DNA of 64,000 nucleotides. Origin: Pedobacter sp. (GTDB lineage: Bacteria; Bacteroidota; Bacteroidia; Sphingobacteriales; Sphingobacteriaceae). The stretch is from NCBI GenBank assembly GCA_039810685.1, contig JBDHXL010000009.1, forward strand, positions 8,029-72,028. Direction: 5' to 3'. Position 1 is the first letter of the stretch. Every line of letters starts with the position of its first letter. The notes under the pieces were generated by a model. That model did no database searches. It worked only from the letters and a program-made list of their open reading frames with translations, and had not been told where the DNA came from. The position numbers and the translations under genes are program-made. Positions 39,427-47,843 of the stretch are shown here, one piece after another.

Positions 39427-42400
39427 TATCTCATCAAGTATATTTTACCTATGTTCTTTTTAAAATATTTATCGCCTCCAGTGCTGCGGTGTTTAATACT
39501 AGAGTGGTCGTTGTTCTCAATACTTACTTTATAAAAGTAAACACCGTTGGCCAGTTTATCGCCGTACATGTCGGTACCGTCCCAAGTAAAATCCGAAATA
39601 TTGTTGCCGATACGCAGGTTGCCTAATTCGTTTTTCAACACCTCACGTACTACCTTGCCGCTAATGGTCATAATCTGTACTTTGATATTGTCGGGCACCT
39701 TATCGCCTGTTAGGGTGAAAACAAATTTCATTGCTGTACTAAAAGGGTTGGGGTAGGGATAGAAATTGCTGACGGAGGCTTCATTAATCACTTCAAAATC
39801 TATCGTGTAATTGTTGCTTGGATTTTTGTTGCCACTGGCATCTTTTGCCTCTACCATTAGTGTGTAAATACCGTCATCGAGCTTTTGCGGTTTAAAAATT
39901 GCTGTGGCTTTGTTGTTGTTGGCTGTAGTGGCAGGCATAAAACTCAGTAAACCTGATGAGTAGGCAATTTTCTTAAAATTATTGTTTTCGTCTTTTAAAT
40001 AAACAGTCATGGCGCTGGTGTCTGAGAGTAGAATATAGGGGTTCTCATCACTCAAGCTGATGTTGATGTTGGGTTGTGGCGATACGATTTCGCCATTCAT
40101 AATTCGTTTACCATCAAAAGATACGTCAACTAGGGGCTCTTTGTTGTCGCGGCTAACTTGGAAGCTCTGCTGGATATAATTGTTGAAAGCATAACTGTCC
40201 AACCCGTTTATCGGCTCAAAATCCATTTTTAAAAGATTATTGCCCACTAATCCTAAGCTCGGTAGTTTTAGGGTGAAGATTTGGCTTGCTCCCGGAGCCA
40301 ATGCAGGGATCTTACCTACTTTTGCACTTACAACACTACGGTCTGGCTTGGTTAGACTATAATAAATATTTACCGAATCACTTTGGTATTTAGAGAAGTT
40401 TTGGTAAGCGATATGCCATTTTATGCTGTCGCCCTCTTGGATGGTATTGTTATAAAAATCATGCTTGATTTCGGTGTTGATTCCGGCCTCGGGAAGTTCG
40501 TTATACAAAAATTTCCATTGTAGGGGCTGGGCAGGTGTCCGATTGCTGGCATCTGTATATTTAACCCTAAATCCCATTTTTGGGTATTGTGTAGCGTCGT
40601 AAGCCGATAAGTTGATGGTGTTTCCGCTGAGGTTGCTTTGAAGTACGTCGCTAGAACCATCAGGCTTATAGCCAAGCAAATCGTAAACAACTTGGTCTCC
40701 GCTCTCTAGTGTAGAGCTAAAGCTAGCACTAGTCCATTTGGTGGCAGGCCCGGCCTTGGCACTGATATAAGTGCCTTGGGTAAGCGGATAGCCGTAGGTA
40801 ACATCAAATTTTATTTGTTGATTTTTTGCCGGTTCTTGGTTGGTATAGTCGGCAGTTTTCTCTATTGCAGTACCTTGTGCAGCACCTTTTACTCCCCAAA
40901 ACATATAAGGTTCGCCAGGTCCAATATTGCCAATTTGTGCTACACCTACTTGTTTGAAAGCATTTATGGCTGCTTGGGGTAGTGCTGATAAATTGATTCC
41001 TCTACCGTTGAAGCCCATCACTTTGTAACCCTCGGGAATACGATTGAGATGAGCCACCAAACTGTCCACAGCTATCGGATTGTTGGTATCATAATAGAAT
41101 TGTCCGGAATAATATGGCCCGGCACCATCATTATTGACAACATTATAGGGCGAAGGGTAATTGTATGCCCGCATGGTGGTGGGGTTGAGGGCGATGAGGG
41201 TAAAGCCCACAAACTCGTAGCCAAGATAGCCCAGCCTTCCACCTGGGTTGGATCGGTAAGTTCTTTCATCTACGGTAGGTGCGTCGTCTCCTCGGGTTTG
41301 TATGCTGGTGGCAAAGGCGGTTTTGGCAAATTCCAATTTTTGGCCATTGTACTCCAAACTAGTGAGTGTAGCGTCTTTTAGTTGCTGAAAATGTGTTTGG
41401 GCCCATCCATCAGGACTATCTTGGATATAGGTGAATGATGCGGATTGCCAAGTGCCTCCTTTGTCGGGATCAATATTAAGCCTTACCCGCCAATAATAAG
41501 CTTTATTAGCTGTGTTGGGTAAAACAACTTGCCATTTCGGCATAAACCCACTGTTGATGGTGCTACTTCTTTTCCAAGGGCTATCAAAGGTGCTCAGGGT
41601 GTCAAGCTCAAAAATATATTCGGCATTTTTGATTGCCAAATCGCTTGATTGGGCGACGAGATCAACGGTATTTTTCCCTACAATTGCATAAGGTTTGGGG
41701 TAGAGTAGGTTTACGCCATTTGATGCAAAAAAATAGTTAAGATTTGCACTATTGTTGGTCTTGCTCAATTCGTCAAACTGGTTGTCGGGATCTAAAATTA
41801 CCTGAAAACGATTCATCCCTGCAGAACTGAGGTTGTTTTGGTTGATATCAAAATAAACCGTATCAGTATTGAATACCGGGTTGGCATTAATACTTGGATA
41901 GTTGATTGTGCTATTGTCTGGGAGTGTTCTTGCTAAGTTAATTTTTAATGGTTGATTAATTGCTTTGCCGATGTTTTTGGCAATGAGCCCTACTCTAAAT
42001 GTGTTGCTCATGGCGTTGACGTTGTTCGGCGATAGAAACAAATCTTGATCTTCAAGCGCAAAATCGGGTTTGGAAGGGGTATAAAATTTTAAAGCCGGAT
42101 CTCCCTGAAAAGTGTACTGCGTGGTGTGCATCACGTTGATGACATCATTTAGGTTTTGGTATTGCTGTTTGCTCAGTCTAATTGCTTCGGCAATTGAGGC
42201 ACCATAATTGGTATTGAAAACATTTCTGTAGAAAATAGAACTGAAACTTGATAGGTAACTGGCTACCCCTTCGCTAGATGTTCCTATCCAGCCTATAGCT
42301 CCTTTGTCGGGGAAAAACATCAGCTTATCACCCAATGAGGGTTCGTAGATATAGGTATTTCCGGTTGTACAGCCGTTAACTAGGTAAGTGAGTAGGGTGT

Positions 42401-44354
42401 TGGCGTTGTCCAGCTCATCGGCATGTCCAAAGTCAATTTCGGTAGCTTGGTGTGCTCCGTGTCCCAAGAAAGAGAGTAAGGCTGCACCTTTGTTGATTTC
42501 GCCGATAATTCGCTGCTTTTGATTGGTGCTAACCGGAAGACCTACGTTTTTGTTGAAGTTGACGGTGTCGGCACCAAAGGGCACATCCTTGGTCATATTG
42601 TACATGTTGGCCTGATAATTGGCCCATGAAATATTTTCGGAAAGGTTGGCTCCACCACTGATGTGGATGAATTTTTTGCGCCATAAAGCATTTGGATATT
42701 GCTCGTAGCGTTGTAGTTTTTGCAAGTATAGCTCAACCTCTGCATTGGTGCTGGCTCCCAAACGGCCTGTTGCCAATGCGGGGGCAAGGCTGGTACTGTT
42801 AATACGGGCGGTCAACAAATCATCTGATGGTGGCGAACCGTAAGTGGGCACCAAATCATCTGCCAAACCCGATGCCGAACGTACCAAGTGGTTTTCCAAT
42901 CCTTTGCCCAGCAACAACAAGTATTTGGGTTTTATGTTGGCGTACTGCATCAAATATTTGATGAAATTTTTTATGGCCAAGGGGTGGTGTACGCCGTAAT
43001 AAAACTGGTCATACAATTGTTCTGTAGTGATAAGTAGCGGTTTGAAACCTTTCAGTTGGCGATAATTGGCGTAGTTTTGAGCACTAGTTTGTAGTTTGTT
43101 ATTGGTAACAATAAGAAAATCTTTGTCAAAACTAGCTGGCGATAGGTTAAAAAAATTAACTTTTGATAGGGTAGTAGGCGTGTAAGCGGCACTGTCTGCC
43201 AAGTAATAGTTGTAGTTTTGATTAGCTGCTGCAAGCACAAAATCAGCTGTATTTCCGTTGATAGTACCTACTATTCTCTGTTGGTTTTCAATATCCCAAA
43301 CAATAGGTTTGGCAAGATTGTTATTATTGAAACTGAGCCAGCGGTTTTGGCTGCTGCTACCTAAACCAAAGTTGAGCCAATTGGTATTTTGCAGATTGGG
43401 TAGCCTTGGATAAGTAATTAAGGCATAAGCCGGAGCCTGATAGTCTGTGGCTTCGTTAGACATGCCCAAGTCGTTGATAGATTGATAAATTACAGTGCTG
43501 GTGTTGCCAATTTCATTGGGCAAAATGTTAATATTGGTACGTATTACCTCGTAGCCACGAAATAAGGTGTCTTTTTTGTAGTAGGTAGTTGTTCCGTTGT
43601 TGATACCAATTCGTAAGTGGTGGTTGTAGCGTTGTGGATGTGGCGAATCGGCATCTGATCGCCCCGCCACATAGGTTTCGAGGTTGATGCTCGGCGCACC
43701 CGAACCTGTATATAAGAAAGGAGTATTTAAGCTATTGCTTTGGGTTTGTCCTTTGCCATAAACAGCACCTAAAAATCCTTCGCCAGCCTGATAATCGGAT
43801 AAACTCATGTGGGCTATGATGTACCGACCTTGATAATAGGCATCGGTGAAAACTTTTAGGCTCTTGCTTAAAATGTAGGCTTCGGGATTGAGCCCGCTAG
43901 TACTGGCTTTAAAATTTTGAATTCTTTTGCCTGCTACATTTGGTGCATAGGTTAAATAGTAAGCTGCAGTATCGGTAAATAGGCTGTAATACTTATGAGG
44001 TTGATCATTTGCATTGACATATAATTCGGTATCCAACCTACCGTCGTTGCCTTCGCCGTAAAACTCAATAAAATCGTTACTGTCAAAACTATTGTCGGCC
44101 TGGCCATGCACATAAATGGCTTGTTCTATCCCGTTTTTGTAGATCAGGAAGTTTTTTGGGGCAAGACTGTTGAGGTTGCTGTAATATTGTCCCAATTGAC
44201 TTGCGGTAATTCGGTAAATACCTTTGTTTACCACTTTTATTTTGTAGTAAGCTTGGTTGTGGTTTATCCAATCGTTGCCATAGGGTGTTTGTGCGTAGCC
44301 CGCTATTTGCAGAAAGGTAAGCAATATTAAGGGTAGAATAATCTTACGGCTCAT
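39426..44354 (-). CDS. C25 (gingipain/PorU-family) cysteine peptidase, PorU2-like, with Ig-like domains and T9SS CTD
   Basis: Signal peptide from ATG 44354; YGEGNDGRLD; YLLLLGKG; LATGRL; FLGHG (His codon 42459-61) and VNGCTTG (Cys codon 42369-71); GDPAL; C-terminal YPNPFS...WDG.D...LANGVYFYKV...KIYLMR. Confidence 0.88.
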   Translation of the reverse strand: MSRKIILPLILLTFLQIAGYAQTPYGNDWINHNQAYYKIKVVNKGIYRITASQLGQYYSNLNSLAPKNFLIYKNGIEQAIYVHGQADNSFDSNDFIEFYGEGNDGRLDTELYVNANDQPHKYYSLFTDTAAYYLTYAPNVAGKRIQNFKASTSGLNPEAYILSKSLKVFTDAYYQGRYIIAHMSLSDYQAGEGFLGAVYGKGQTQSNSLNTPFLYTGSGAPSINLETYVAGRSDADSPHPQRYNHHLRIGINNGTTTYYKKDTLFRGYEVIRTNINILPNEIGNTSTVIYQSINDLGMSNEATDYQAPAYALITYPRLPNLQNTNWLNFGLGSSSQNRWLSFNNNNLAKPIVWDIENQQRIVGTINGNTADFVLAAANQNYNYYLADSAAYTPTTLSKVNFFNLSPASFDKDFLIVTNNKLQTSAQNYANYRQLKGFKPLLITTEQLYDQFYYGVHHPLAIKNFIKYLMQYANIKPKYLLLLGKGLENHLVRSASGLADDLVPTYGSPPSDDLLTARINSTSLAPALATGRLGASTNAEVELYLQKLQRYEQYPNALWRKKFIHISGGANLSENISWANYQANMYNMTKDVPFGADTVNFNKNVGLPVSTNQKQRIIGEINKGAALLSFLGHGAHQATEIDFGHADELDNANTLLTYLVNGCTTGNTYIYEPSLGDKLMFFPDKGAIGWIGTSSEGVASYLSSFSSIFYRNVFNTNYGASIAEAIRLSKQQYQNLNDVINVMHTTQYTFQGDPALKFYTPSKPDFALEDQDLFLSPNNVNAMSNTFRVGLIAKNIGKAINQPLKINLARTLPDNSTINYPSINANPVFNTDTVYFDINQNNLSSAGMNRFQVILDPDNQFDELSKTNNSANLNYFFASNGVNLLYPKPYAIVGKNTVDLVAQSSDLAIKNAEYIFELDTLSTFDSPWKRSSTINSGFMPKWQVVLPNTANKAYYWRVRLNIDPDKGGTWQSASFTYIQDSPDGWAQTHFQQLKDATLTSLEYNGQKLEFAKTAFATSIQTRGDDAPTVDERTYRSNPGGRLGYLGYEFVGFTLIALNPTTMRAYNYPSPYNVVNNDGAGPYYSGQFYYDTNNPIAVDSLVAHLNRIPEGYKVMGFNGRGINLSALPQAAINAFKQVGVAQIGNIGPGEPYMFWGVKGAAQGTAIEKTADYTNQEPAKNQQIKFDVTYGYPLTQGTYISAKAGPATKWTSASFSSTLESGDQVVYDLLGYKPDGSSDVLQSNLSGNTINLSAYDATQYPKMGFRVKYTDASNRTPAQPLQWKFLYNELPEAGINTEIKHDFYNNTIQEGDSIKWHIAYQNFSKYQSDSVNIYYSLTKPDRSVVSAKVGKIPALAPGASQIFTLKLPSLGLVGNNLLKMDFEPINGLDSYAFNNYIQQSFQVSRDNKEPLVDVSFDGKRIMNGEIVSPQPNINISLSDENPYILLSDTSAMTVYLKDENNNFKKIAYSSGLLSFMPATTANNNKATAIFKPQKLDDGIYTLMVEAKDASGNKNPSNNYTIDFEVINEASVSNFYPYPNPFSTAMKFVFTLTGDKVPDNIKVQIMTISGKVVREVLKNELGNLRIGNNISDFTWDGTDMYGDKLANGVYFYKVSIENNDHSSIKHRSTGGDKYFKKNIGKIYLMR

Positions 44355-44359
44355 AAATT

Positions 44360-44367
44360 CAAACATA
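44360..44367 (-). promoter_or_regulatory. -7 element (TATGTTTG) for the C25-asnB operon
   Basis: caaacata on + strand, 5 nt upstream of ATG 44354; supports that start codon. Confidence 0.6.
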
Positions 44368-44436
44368 CAAATAATCGGCAATTTATGAAATATTAGCCGC
44401 AGCACTCTTTTTTTTATATTTTTACCTCAACTGGTT

Positions 44437-45609
44437 ATGAAATTTTCGAACACTGTTTTGTTTCTACCTGCCTGGTATCCTAACCGGACGCATGCCTCTA
44501 TCGGTTCTTTTATACGCAGTCATGCCGAAGCTTTGAGCAAACAAATACAGGTACATGTTTTGCATGTTTGCGGTGATGAGCAGGCTCGGCGTTTATTTGA
44601 GTTAGAACAATCATTGGTAAACGGTGTTGAAACCTACGTGCTATATTACCGCAAACCGGCCTCCAAAACAAAACTGGCTCTACTGAGGAAAGCTATTTTG
44701 CATGGTGTTGCTTTGTTTTATGCTTATTACCTCTACCGAAAAAATCAGCCTCGACCAGGTGTTTTTCATGTGCATGTACTTAGCCGCTCGGCTTTGGTGC
44801 CTTTTACACTTAACTTGTTCACTAAAACGCCTTATTATATTAGCGAGCATTGGTCTCGCTATGTTCCCGAAGACGGCAGTTATAAGGGATACTTGCGAAA
44901 AGCATTTACAAAGGCAGTGGTCAAGCGGTCGAGAGGGCTTTCTGCAGTAACGGCATATTTGGGTACACATTTGCAAAATCATGCCTTGTCTCATCCCAAT
45001 TTTAAAGTGATTTCTAACGTTGTTCGAGAGCTATTTGTAAAGGCTCCGTTTCACAACCTACCCGTTGCAGAAACAGGTTATTTTGTACATGTCTCCAATT
45101 TTGCCCGTGATGTTAAAAACGTATTGATGATTTTGGAGATGGCAAAGATTATGCAGCAGCAAAATATTCCGTTTAAGCTGGTTATGGTGGGCGATGGAGA
45201 TGAGCTGGAAGCAGCCCAAGCATTTGCTACACGTGAAGCACTCGGCAATGTTGTATTTACCGGTTTTTTGTATGATGATGCTTTGTTATCCATTATGCAA
45301 AATGCAAAAGCCTTAGTCATGTTTAGCCACTATGAAACCCAATCGGTAGTAGCTCTAGAAAGTCTTACTTTAGGTGTTCCGGTTATCTCATCGGCAGTTG
45401 GTGGCCTAGCCGAAATTGTTAATGAGCAGAATGGTATTTTGGTTGAACCTAAAAATACCTCTGCTTTGGTAGCTGCAATAAAAATGTTTTTAGATACAGG
45501 TAATAGATTTGATAGATTAGCTATTCGGCAAGCAGCCTTAAAAAAATATTCTCCTGAAGTTATAGCACAAGAATTTTTGGATTTTTATAAGGCTGGAACA
45601 GAGCTTTAA
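44437..45609 (+). CDS. GT4 glycosyltransferase (TuaC-like)
   Basis: VLFLPAWYP...G.F, HVH, SEHWS, ISNVV, ETQSVVALE (E-x7-E), GVPVISS.VGG. Confidence 0.88.
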   Translation: MKFSNTVLFLPAWYPNRTHASIGSFIRSHAEALSKQIQVHVLHVCGDEQARRLFELEQSLVNGVETYVLYYRKPASKTKLALLRKAILHGVALFYAYYLYRKNQPRPGVFHVHVLSRSALVPFTLNLFTKTPYYISEHWSRYVPEDGSYKGYLRKAFTKAVVKRSRGLSAVTAYLGTHLQNHALSHPNFKVISNVVRELFVKAPFHNLPVAETGYFVHVSNFARDVKNVLMILEMAKIMQQQNIPFKLVMVGDGDELEAAQAFATREALGNVVFTGFLYDDALLSIMQNAKALVMFSHYETQSVVALESLTLGVPVISSAVGGLAEIVNEQNGILVEPKNTSALVAAIKMFLDTGNRFDRLAIRQAALKKYSPEVIAQEFLDFYKAGTEL

Positions 45610-45610
45610 C

Positions 45611-45649
45611 AAAAAGAGGAGAAAACCGACAGGTCATCTCCTCTTTTTT
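45611..45649. terminator. Bidirectional terminator between GT4 and the S9 peptidase
   Basis: 12-bp inverted repeat aaaaagaggaga / tctcctcttttt. Confidence 0.8.
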
Positions 45650-45668
45650 ATAGGATTATATGCTTGGC

Positions 45669-47831
45669 CTACCGAGCTCCCGGAGGGCAATTTTCTTTCA
45701 AGAAGTTGGTGTAAGTAAGTGCCAAATGTGCACTGGTGCCTTCGCCCTCTCTAATGCTGTGTGAACGGTTGGGATAACTCATCAGCTGAAAAGGCTTTTG
45801 GTATTTTACCAATTCATTAATCAACATTTCGGCGTTTTGATAGTGCACATTATCGTCTCCGGTGCCGTGTATCAATAATAATTTACCTTTTAGTTGCTTA
45901 GCATAGGTAATTGGCGAGCCTTTTACATAAGCTTCGGTACTTGGAAATGGAGTCCCCATATAACGTTCTTGGTAAATGTTATCGTAGGTGAGTTGGTTTG
46001 CCACTGGGGCAATAGTTATCCCAACTTTATAAATTTCTGGATATTGGAACATTAAGTTTAGAGTAGAAGATCCGCCACCACTCCAACCCCATACAGCTAC
46101 CCGGTCTTTATCCATAAAACTATTTTCATCTAAAAGCTTTTTGGCAGCCATAGCCTGGTCTCTGATGTTAATTTGGCCAATATTTTTATAGATAGATTTG
46201 CGCCAGTTTTTGCCTTTGGGTACGGGTGCACCACGGTTGTCCATAGAGATATAGATATAACCGTCTTTAGCCATATCACCTTGGTACAGTCGGTTGGCTC
46301 CGGCACCCCACACATCCAGCGCAGTTGCTGATGCGGGTTCGCCGTACACGTAAAACACTACCGGATATTTCTTGGTCCGATCAAAATGGTCGGGTTTCTT
46401 CATCCAGCCGTCCATTTCTACGCCATCGGCAGTGGTAATTTTAAAAAATTCAACTTTGTTTTTGGGTGGGTTTTGTCGGCCAATTTGGTTGGTAATACTA
46501 CCCTCCATGGTAAGAGGGGTATTGGTTTTAAAGTTCATCCATTCGCTAGCTGGACTAATGGTAGCACTACTGAAAGAATGGAAAGCAAATAGGCCTTTGG
46601 GAGAAATGTCGTAATTGTGGTTACCTTTTAATACCGAAGGGCTTACGATTTCTAATTTTCCTTTACCATTAAGCTTGGTTTTGTATAAGTATTTTTGAGT
46701 GGCATTTTCTGGTGATGCCAAAAAATAAACCGTTTGATTGGCTTCGTCTATCAATTTTAGGTCAATAACATCGTAATTACCCTTGGTAATGAGTGTGGTT
46801 TTCTTATTTTCGATATTGAGGGCGTAAAGATGTGCCCATCTGTCGGTATCACTCTTAAAAACTAGGGATTTGTTGTTGTTTATCCAATCAAAACTTGGTA
46901 AGGCATCAATCCAAGCTTGGTCTTGCTCTTTGTACAGTTCATCTACTTTCAGGCTTTGTCCGTTTACCAGAAATAGTGTGCTTTGGTTTTGTTGACGATT
47001 GAGTTGTTGTAGAATTATTTGGTTGCTGTTCGGCACCCAGTCCATGCGTGGTATATAGTTTTGTACACTACTGCCCGGAATTGCTAGCCACCTGGTTTGT
47101 GCACTTTCGATATCAACTAAACCAATTTTGCAGCTAGAAGGATCTTGACCCACTTTTGGGTACTCAACCGGAATAGTGAAGGAATATATAGAATCGGTAT
47201 TGTTGATCATCAAAAAATTCTTGATGTTGCGAGCGTCCAATTGCCAATAGGCTATTGATTTGCTATCGGGACTCCAGCGAAAACCGTCTCTACAATCGAA
47301 CTCTTCTTCGTAGGCCCAATCAAAAGTACCATTAATGATTCGGGAGGTGCCATCATTTGTTAAGGCTTTGCTTTGTCCGCTTTCGAGGTCTTCTACATAA
47401 AGGTTGTGTTCGCTAACATAAGCTACTTTTTTGCCATCTGGCGAGAATTTAGCAAACATCAAGGATGAAGCTGGACGATCTTTACCAATTTGTCGGAGGG
47501 TATTTTTGTTACGATCTACCAACCAATAATCGCCTCGGGTATCATATCGCCACACTTTTTTACTATTCGTGTAAATTAGTGCCTTGCTGCCATCTTCGCT
47601 TAAACTAAAGCTTCTGATTGCAAGAGGCTGTCTGTTATCTCTTGTGAGTTGAGCTCGGCTTATCACCAAACTTCGGGCAAAGTTGGGCAGATTGATGGCG
47701 GTAATTTCGCCATTGTTGCTTTGGTAGTAGCCCGTGCCATCTGCTTTCCAGTTTATGCCTTGTGCCCAAGAGTTTTGGCTTAATAGTAGCAGTGCAAAAA
47801 CAACTAATTTAATTTGAAACTTTGTTTTCAT
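45669..47831 (-). CDS. Dipeptidyl-peptidase IV (S9B family)
   Basis: Signal peptide; DWAYEEE; GWSGGG (Ser), HGTGDDNVH (Asp), NRSHSI (His). Confidence 0.93.
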   Translation of the reverse strand: MKTKFQIKLVVFALLLLSQNSWAQGINWKADGTGYYQSNNGEITAINLPNFARSLVISRAQLTRDNRQPLAIRSFSLSEDGSKALIYTNSKKVWRYDTRGDYWLVDRNKNTLRQIGKDRPASSLMFAKFSPDGKKVAYVSEHNLYVEDLESGQSKALTNDGTSRIINGTFDWAYEEEFDCRDGFRWSPDSKSIAYWQLDARNIKNFLMINNTDSIYSFTIPVEYPKVGQDPSSCKIGLVDIESAQTRWLAIPGSSVQNYIPRMDWVPNSNQIILQQLNRQQNQSTLFLVNGQSLKVDELYKEQDQAWIDALPSFDWINNNKSLVFKSDTDRWAHLYALNIENKKTTLITKGNYDVIDLKLIDEANQTVYFLASPENATQKYLYKTKLNGKGKLEIVSPSVLKGNHNYDISPKGLFAFHSFSSATISPASEWMNFKTNTPLTMEGSITNQIGRQNPPKNKVEFFKITTADGVEMDGWMKKPDHFDRTKKYPVVFYVYGEPASATALDVWGAGANRLYQGDMAKDGYIYISMDNRGAPVPKGKNWRKSIYKNIGQINIRDQAMAAKKLLDENSFMDKDRVAVWGWSGGGSSTLNLMFQYPEIYKVGITIAPVANQLTYDNIYQERYMGTPFPSTEAYVKGSPITYAKQLKGKLLLIHGTGDDNVHYQNAEMLINELVKYQKPFQLMSYPNRSHSIREGEGTSAHLALTYTNFLKENCPPGAR

Positions 47832-47843
47832 AGCCTTGTGGTT

